From positions 7,006,001 to 7,070,000 of the forward strand of contig OZ024761.1 of the NCBI GenBank assembly GCA_964016885.1: a DNA stretch of 64,000 nt, given 5' to 3'. The notes under the pieces are model-generated. The model saw nothing but the letters and a program-made list of their open reading frames with translations, searched no databases and was not told the DNA's origin. The position numbers were made by a program, and so were the translations under genes. The DNA is from Eledone cirrhosa (Eukaryota). This document shows positions 57,870-64,000 of this stretch, piece after piece (positions within the stretch are counted from its first letter, which is position 1; every line of letters begins with the position of its first letter).

Positions 57870-60800
57870 GATGGTGATGGTGGTAGTTGTGGTGGTTATG
57901 GTAGTGGTGGTGGTGGTGGTGGTGGTGATGGTAGTGGGTGTCAGTAGTGGCAGTGGTGGTGGGTGTCAGTGGTAGTCGTGGTTATGGTGGTGGTGGTGAT
58001 GGTAGTGGGTGTCAGTAGTGGCAGTGGTGGTGGGTGTCAGTGGTAGTCGTGGTTATGGTAGTGGTGGTGATGGTAGTGGGTGTCAGTAGTGGCAGTGGTG
58101 GTGGGTGTCAGTGGTAGTGGTGGTGATGGTAGTGGGTGTCAGTAGTGGCAGTGGTGGTGGGTGTCAGTGGTAGTCGTGGTGATGGTAGTGGGTGTCAGTA
58201 GTGGCAGTGGTGGTGGGTGTCAGTGGTAGTCGTGGTGATGGTAGTGGGTGTCAGTAGTGGCAGTGGTGGTGGGTGTCAGTGGTAGTGGTGGTGATGGTAG
58301 TGGGTGTCAGTAGTGGCAGTGGTGGTGGGTGTCAGTGGTAGTCGTGGTGATGGTAGTGGGTGTCAGTAGTGGCAGTGGTGGTGGGTGTCAGTGGTAGTCG
58401 TGGTGATGGTAGTGGGTGTCAGTAGTGGCAGTGGTGGTGGGTGTCAGTGGTAGTGGTGGTGATGGTAGTGGGTGTCAGTAGTGGCAGTGGTGGTGGGTGT
58501 CAGTGGTAGTCGTGGTGATGGTAGTGGGTGTCAGTAGTGGCAGTGGTGGTGGGTGTCAGTGGTAGTCGTGGTGATGGTAGTGGGTGTCAGTAGTGGCAGT
58601 GGTGGTGGGTGTCAGTGGTAGTCGTGGTGATGGTAGTGGGTGTCAGTAGTGGCAGTGGTGGTGGGTGTCAGTGGTAGTGGTGGTGATGGTAGTGATGGTG
58701 ATGGTAGTGGGTGTCAGTAGTGGCAGTGGTGGTGGGTGTCAGTGGTAGTCGTGGTGATGGTAGTGGGTGTCAGCAGTGGCAGTGGTGGTGGGTGTCAGTG
58801 GTAGTGGTGGTGATGGTAGTGGGTGTCAGTAGTGGCAGTGGTGGTGGGTGTCAGTGGTAGTCGTGGTGATGGTAGTGGCAGTGGTGGTGGGTGTCAGTGG
58901 TAGTCGTGGTGATGGTAGTGGGTGTCAGCAGTGGCAGTGGTGGTGGGTGTCAGTGGTAGTGGTGGTGATGGTAGTGATGGTGATGGTAGTGGGTGTCAGT
59001 AGTGGCAGTGGTGGTGGGTGTCGGTGGTAGTCGTGGTGATGGTAGTGGGTGTCAGTAGTGGCAGTGGTGGTGGGTGTCAGTGGTAGTGGGTGTCAGCAGT
59101 GGCAGTGGTGGTGGGTGTCGGTGGTAGTCGTGGTGATGGTGGTGGGTGTCAGTAGTGGCAGTGGTGGTGGGTGTCAGTGGTAGTGGTGGTGATGGTAGTG
59201 ATGGTGATGGTAGTGGGTGTCAGTAGTGGCAGTGGTGGTGGGTGTCGGTGGTAGTGGTGGTGATGGTAGTGGGTGTCAGTAGTGGCAGTGGTGGTGGGTG
59301 TCAGTGGTAGTGGTGGTGATGGTAGTGATGGTGATGGTAGTGGGTGTCAGTAGTGGCAGTGGTGGTGGGTGTCGGTGGTAGTCGTGGTGATGGTAGTGGG
59401 TGTCAGTAGTGGCAGTGGTGGTGGGTGTCAGTGGTAGTGGTGGTGATGGTAGTGATGGTGATGGTAGTGGGTGTCAGTAGTGGCAGTGGTGGTGGGTGTC
59501 AGTGGTAGTGGTGGTGATGGTAGTGGGTGTCAGCAGTGGCAGTGGTGGTGGGTGTCAGTGGTAGTGGTGGTGATGGTAGTGGGTGTCAGCAGTGGCAGTG
59601 GTGGTGGGTGTCAGTGGTAGTGATGGTGATGGTAGTGGGTGTCAGTAGTGGCAGTGGTGGTGGGTGTCAGTGGTAGTGGTGGTGATGGTAGTGGGTGTCA
59701 GCAGTGGCAGTGGTGGTGGGTGTCAGTGGTAGTGATGGTGATGGTAGTGGGTGTCAGTAGTGGCAGTGGTGGTGGGTGTCAGTGGTAGTGGTGGTGATGG
59801 TAGTGGGTGTCAGCAGTGGCAGTGGTGGTGGGTGTCAGTGGTAGTCGTGGTGATGGTAGTGGGTGTCAGCAGTGGCAGTGGTGGTGGGTGTCAGTGGTAG
59901 TGATGGTGATGGTAGTGGGTGTCAGTAGTGGCAGTGGTGGTGGGTGTCAGTGGTAGTCGTGGTGATGGTAGTGATGGTGATGGTAGTGGGTGTCAGTAGT
60001 GGCAGTGGTGGTGGGTGTCAGTGGTAGTGATGGTGATGGTAGTGGGTGTCAGCAGTGGCAGTGGTGGTGGGTGTCAGTGGTAGTGGTGGTGATGGTAGTG
60101 GGTGTCAGCAGTGGCAGTGGTGGTGGGTGTCAGTGGTAGTGATGGTGATGGTAGTGGGTGTCAGTAGTGGCAGTGGTGGTGGGTGTCAGTGGTAGTCGTG
60201 GTGATGGTAGTGGGTGTCAGCAGTGGCAGTGGTGGTGGGTGTCAGTGGTAGTCGTGGTGATGGTAGTGGCAGTGGTGGTGGGTGTCAGTGGTAGTCGTGG
60301 TGATGGTAGTGGGTGTCAGTAGTGGCAGTGGTGGTGGGTGTCAGTGGTAGTCGTGGTGATGGTAGTGGGTGTCAGTAGTGGCAGTGGTGGTGGGTGTCAG
60401 TGGTAGTGGTGGTGATGGTAGTGATGGTGATGGTAGTGGGTGTCAGTAGTGGCAGTGGTGGTGGGTGTCAGTGGTAGTCGTGGTGATGGTAGTGGGTGTC
60501 AGTAGTGGCAGTGGTGGTGGGTGTCAGTGGTAGTCGTGGTGATGGTAGTGGGTGTCAGTAGTGGCAGTGGTGGTGGGTGTCAGTGGTAGTCGTGGTTATG
60601 GTAGTGGGTGTCAGTAGTGGCAGTGGTGGTGGGTGTCAGTGGTAGTCGTGGTTATGGTAGTCGTGGTGATGGTAGTGGGTGTCAGTAGTGGCAGTGGTGG
60701 TGGGTGTCGGTGGTAGTCGTGGTGATGGTAGTGGGTGTCAGTAGTGGCAGTGGTGGTGGGTGTCAGTGGTAGTGGTGGTGATGGTAGTGGGTGTCAGTAG

Positions 60801-63800
60801 TGGCAGTGGTGGTGGGTGTCGGTGGTAGTCGTGGTGATGGTGGTGGTGGTGATGGTGGTGGGTGTCAGTGGTAGTCGTGGTGATGGTAGTGGGTGTCAGT
60901 AGTGGCAGTGGTGGTGGGTGTCGGTGGTAGTCGTGGTGATGGTGGTGGTGGTGATGGTGGTGGGTGTCAGTGGTAGTCGTGGTGATGGTAGTGGGTGTCA
61001 GTAGTGGCAGTGGTGGTGGGTGTCAGTGGTAGTGGTGGTGATGGTGGTGGGTGTCAGTAGTGGCAGTGGTGGTGGGTGTCAGTGGTAGTCGTGGTGATGG
61101 TAGTGATGGTGATGGTAGTGGGTGTCAGTAGTGGCAGTGGTGGTGGGTGTCGGTGGTAGTCGTGGTGATGGTAGTGGGTGTCAGTAGTGGCAGTGGTGGT
61201 GGGTGTCAGTGGTAGTCGTGGTTATGGTAGTGATGGTGGTGATGGTAGTGGGTGTCAGTAGTGGCAGTGGTGGTGGGTGTCAGTGGTAGTCGTGGTTATG
61301 GTGGTGGTGGTGATGGTAGTGGGTGTCAGTAGTGGCAGTGGTGGTGGGTGTCAGTGGTAGTCGTGGTTATGGTAGTCGTGGTGATGGTAGTGGGTGTCAG
61401 TAGTGGCAGTGGTGGTGGGTGTCGGTGGTAGTCGTGGTGATGGTGGTGGTGGTGATGGTGGTGGGTGTCAGTGGTAGTCGTGGTGATGGTAGTGGGTGTC
61501 AGTAGTGGCAGTGGTGGTGGGTGTCGGTGGTAGTCGTGGTGATGGTAGTGGGTGTCAGTAGTGGCAGTGGTGGTGGGTGTCAGTGGTAGTCGTGGTGATG
61601 GTAGTGATGGTGGTGATGGTAGTGGGTGTCAGTAGTGGCAGTGGTGGTGGGTGTCAGTGGTAGTGGTGGTGATGGTAGTGGGTGTCAGTAGTGGCAGTGG
61701 TGGTGGGTGTCAGTGGTAGTGGTGGTGATGGTAGTGGGTGTCAGTAGTGGCAGTGGTGGTGGGTGTCAGTGGTAGTCGTGGTTATGGTAGTCGTGGTGAT
61801 GGTAGTGGGTGTCAGTAGTGGCAGTGGTGGTGGGTGTCGGTGGTAGTCGTGGTGATGGTAGTGGGTGTCAGTAGTGGCAGTGGTGGTGGGTGTCGGTGGT
61901 AGTCGTGGTGATGGTGGTGGTGGTGATGGTGGTGGGTGTCAGTGGTAGTCGTGGTGATGGTAGTGGGTGTCAGTAGTGGCAGTGGTGGTGGGTGTCAGTG
62001 GTAGTGGTGGTGATGGTGGTGGGTGTCAGTAGTGGCAGTGGTGGTGGGTGTCAGTGGTAGTCGTGGTGATGGTAGTGATGGTGATGGTAGTGGGTGTCAG
62101 TAGTGGCAGTGGTGGTGGGTGTCGGTGGTAGTCGTGGTGATGGTAGTGGGTGTCAGTAGTGGCAGTGGTGGTGGGTGTCAGTGGTAGTCGTGGTGATGGT
62201 AGTGATGGTGGTGATGGTAGTGGGTGTCAGTAGTGGCAGTGGTGGTGGGTGTCAGTGGTAGTGGTGGTGATGGTAGTGGGTGTCAGTAGTGGCAGTGGTG
62301 GTGGGTGTCAGTGGTAGTGGTGGTGATGGTAGTGGGTGTCAGTAGTGGCAGTGGTGGTGGGTGTCGGTGGTAGTCGTGGTGATGGTGGTGGTGGTGATGG
62401 TGGTGGGTGTCAGTGGTAGTGGTGGTGATGGTAGTGGGTGTCAGTAGTGGCAGTGGTGGTGGGTGTCGGTGGTAGTCGTGGTGATGGTGGTGGGTGTCAG
62501 TGGTAGTGGTGGTGATGGTAGTGGGTGTCAGTAGTGGCAGTGGTGGTGGTGGTGATGGTAGTGGGTGTCAGTAGTGGCAGTGGTGGTGGGTGTCGGTGGT
62601 AGTCGTGGTGGGTGTCAGTGGTAGTGGTGGTGATGGTGGTGGGTGTCAGTAGTGGCAGTGGTGGTGGGTGTCAGTGGTAGTCGTGGTGATGGTAGTGGGT
62701 GTCAGTAGTGGCAGTGGTGGTGGGTGTCGGTGGTAGTCGTGGTGATGGTGGTGGGTGTCAGTGGTGGTGGTGGTGATGGTGGTGGGTGTCAGTAGTGGCA
62801 GTGGTGGTGGGTGTCAGTGGTAGTCGTGGTGATGGTAGTGGGTGTCAGTAGTGGCAGTGGTGGTGGGTGTCGGTGGTAGTCGTGGTGATGGTGGTGGGTG
62901 TCAGTGGTAGTGGTGGTGATGGTGGTGGGTGTCAGTAGTGGCAGTGGTGGTGGGTGTCAGTGGTAGTCGTGGTGATGGTGGTGGGTGTCAGTGGTAGTGG
63001 TGGTGATGGTGGTGGGTGTCAGTAGTGGCAGTGGTGGTGGGTGTCAGTGGTAGTCGTGGTGATGGTAGTGGGTGTCAGTAGTGGCAGTGGTGGTGGGTGT
63101 CGGTGGTAGTCGTGGTGATGGTGGTGGGTGTCAGTGGTAGTGGTGGTGATGGTGGTGGGTGTCAGTAGTGGCAGTGGTGGTGGGTGTCAGTGGTAGTCGT
63201 GGTGATGGTAGTGGGTGTCAGTAGTGGCAGTGGTGGTGGGTGTCGGTGGTAGTCGTGGTGATGGTGGTGGGTGTCAGTGGTGGTGGTGGTGATGGTGGTG
63301 GGTGTCAGTAGTGGCAGTGGTGGTGGGTGTCAGTGGTAGTCGTGGTGATGGTAGTGGGTGTCAGTAGTGGCAGTGGTGGTGGGTGTCGGTGGTAGTCGTG
63401 GTGATGGTGGTGGGTGTCAGTGGTAGTGGTGGTGATGGTGGTGGGTGTCAGTAGTGGCAGTGGTGGTGGGTGTCAGTGGTAGTCGTGGTGATGGTAGTGG
63501 GTGTCAGTAGTGGCAGTGGTGGTGGGTGTCGGTGGTAGTGGTGGTGATGGTAGTGATGGTGATGGTAGTGGGTGTCAGTAGTGGCAGTGGTGGTGGGTGT
63601 CGGTGGTAGTCGTGGTGATGGTGGTGGTGGTGATGGTAGTGGGTGTCAGTAGTGGCAGTGGTGGTGGGTGTCAGTGGTAGTCGTGGTGATGGTAGTGGGT
63701 GTCAGTAGTGGCAGTGGTGGTGGGTGTCAGTGGTAGTCGTGGTGATGGTAGTGATGGTGATGGTAGTGGGTGTCAGTAGTGGCAGTGGTGGTGGGTGTCG

Positions 63801-64000
63801 GTGGTAGTCGTGGTGGTGGTGGTGATGGTAGTGGGTGTCAGTAGTGGCAGTGGTGGTGGGTGTCAGTGGTAGTCGTGGTTATGGTGGTGGTGGTGATGGT
63901 AGTGGGTGTCAGTAGTGGCAGTGGTGGTGGGTGTCAGTGGTAGTCGTGGTTATGGTGGTGGTGGTGATGGTAGTGGGTGTCAGTAGTGGCAGTGGTGGTG
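57870..64000. repeat. G-rich satellite, about 56-bp unit made of 25+31-bp subunits each starting gtgggtgtcagt; over 6 kb, runs off the window
   Basis: Direct periodicity, starting about 25 nt after a splice donor. Confidence 0.96.

Overview
Eukaryotic, repeat-rich animal genomic DNA. The SINE, RTE and microsatellite landscape suggests an octopus or other coleoid cephalopod (inference only). The backbone is the middle part of one + strand gene, a USP48-like ubiquitin carboxyl-terminal hydrolase. I could join 15 GT-AG exons (5044-57845, 1689 nt, 563 codons) in one continuous frame; the 5' and 3' exons lie outside the window. The introns hold a near-full-length RTE-clade LINE (one amber stop, a duplicated YADD motif, an embedded PHD-type finger) and many truncated RTE copies. 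They also hold two tRNA-headed SINE families, an internally deleted piggyBac with its TTAA MITEs, a probable solo LTR and about a dozen minisatellite arrays. Several arrays visibly grew out of transposon sub-regions or directly abut splice sites. The most unexpected signal is a set of type I minimal hammerhead-ribozyme motifs (two near-intact, three decayed or partial) in unrelated small non-coding segments beside (TA)n tracts. Most long ORFs in the supplied track are artefacts of tandem repeats.
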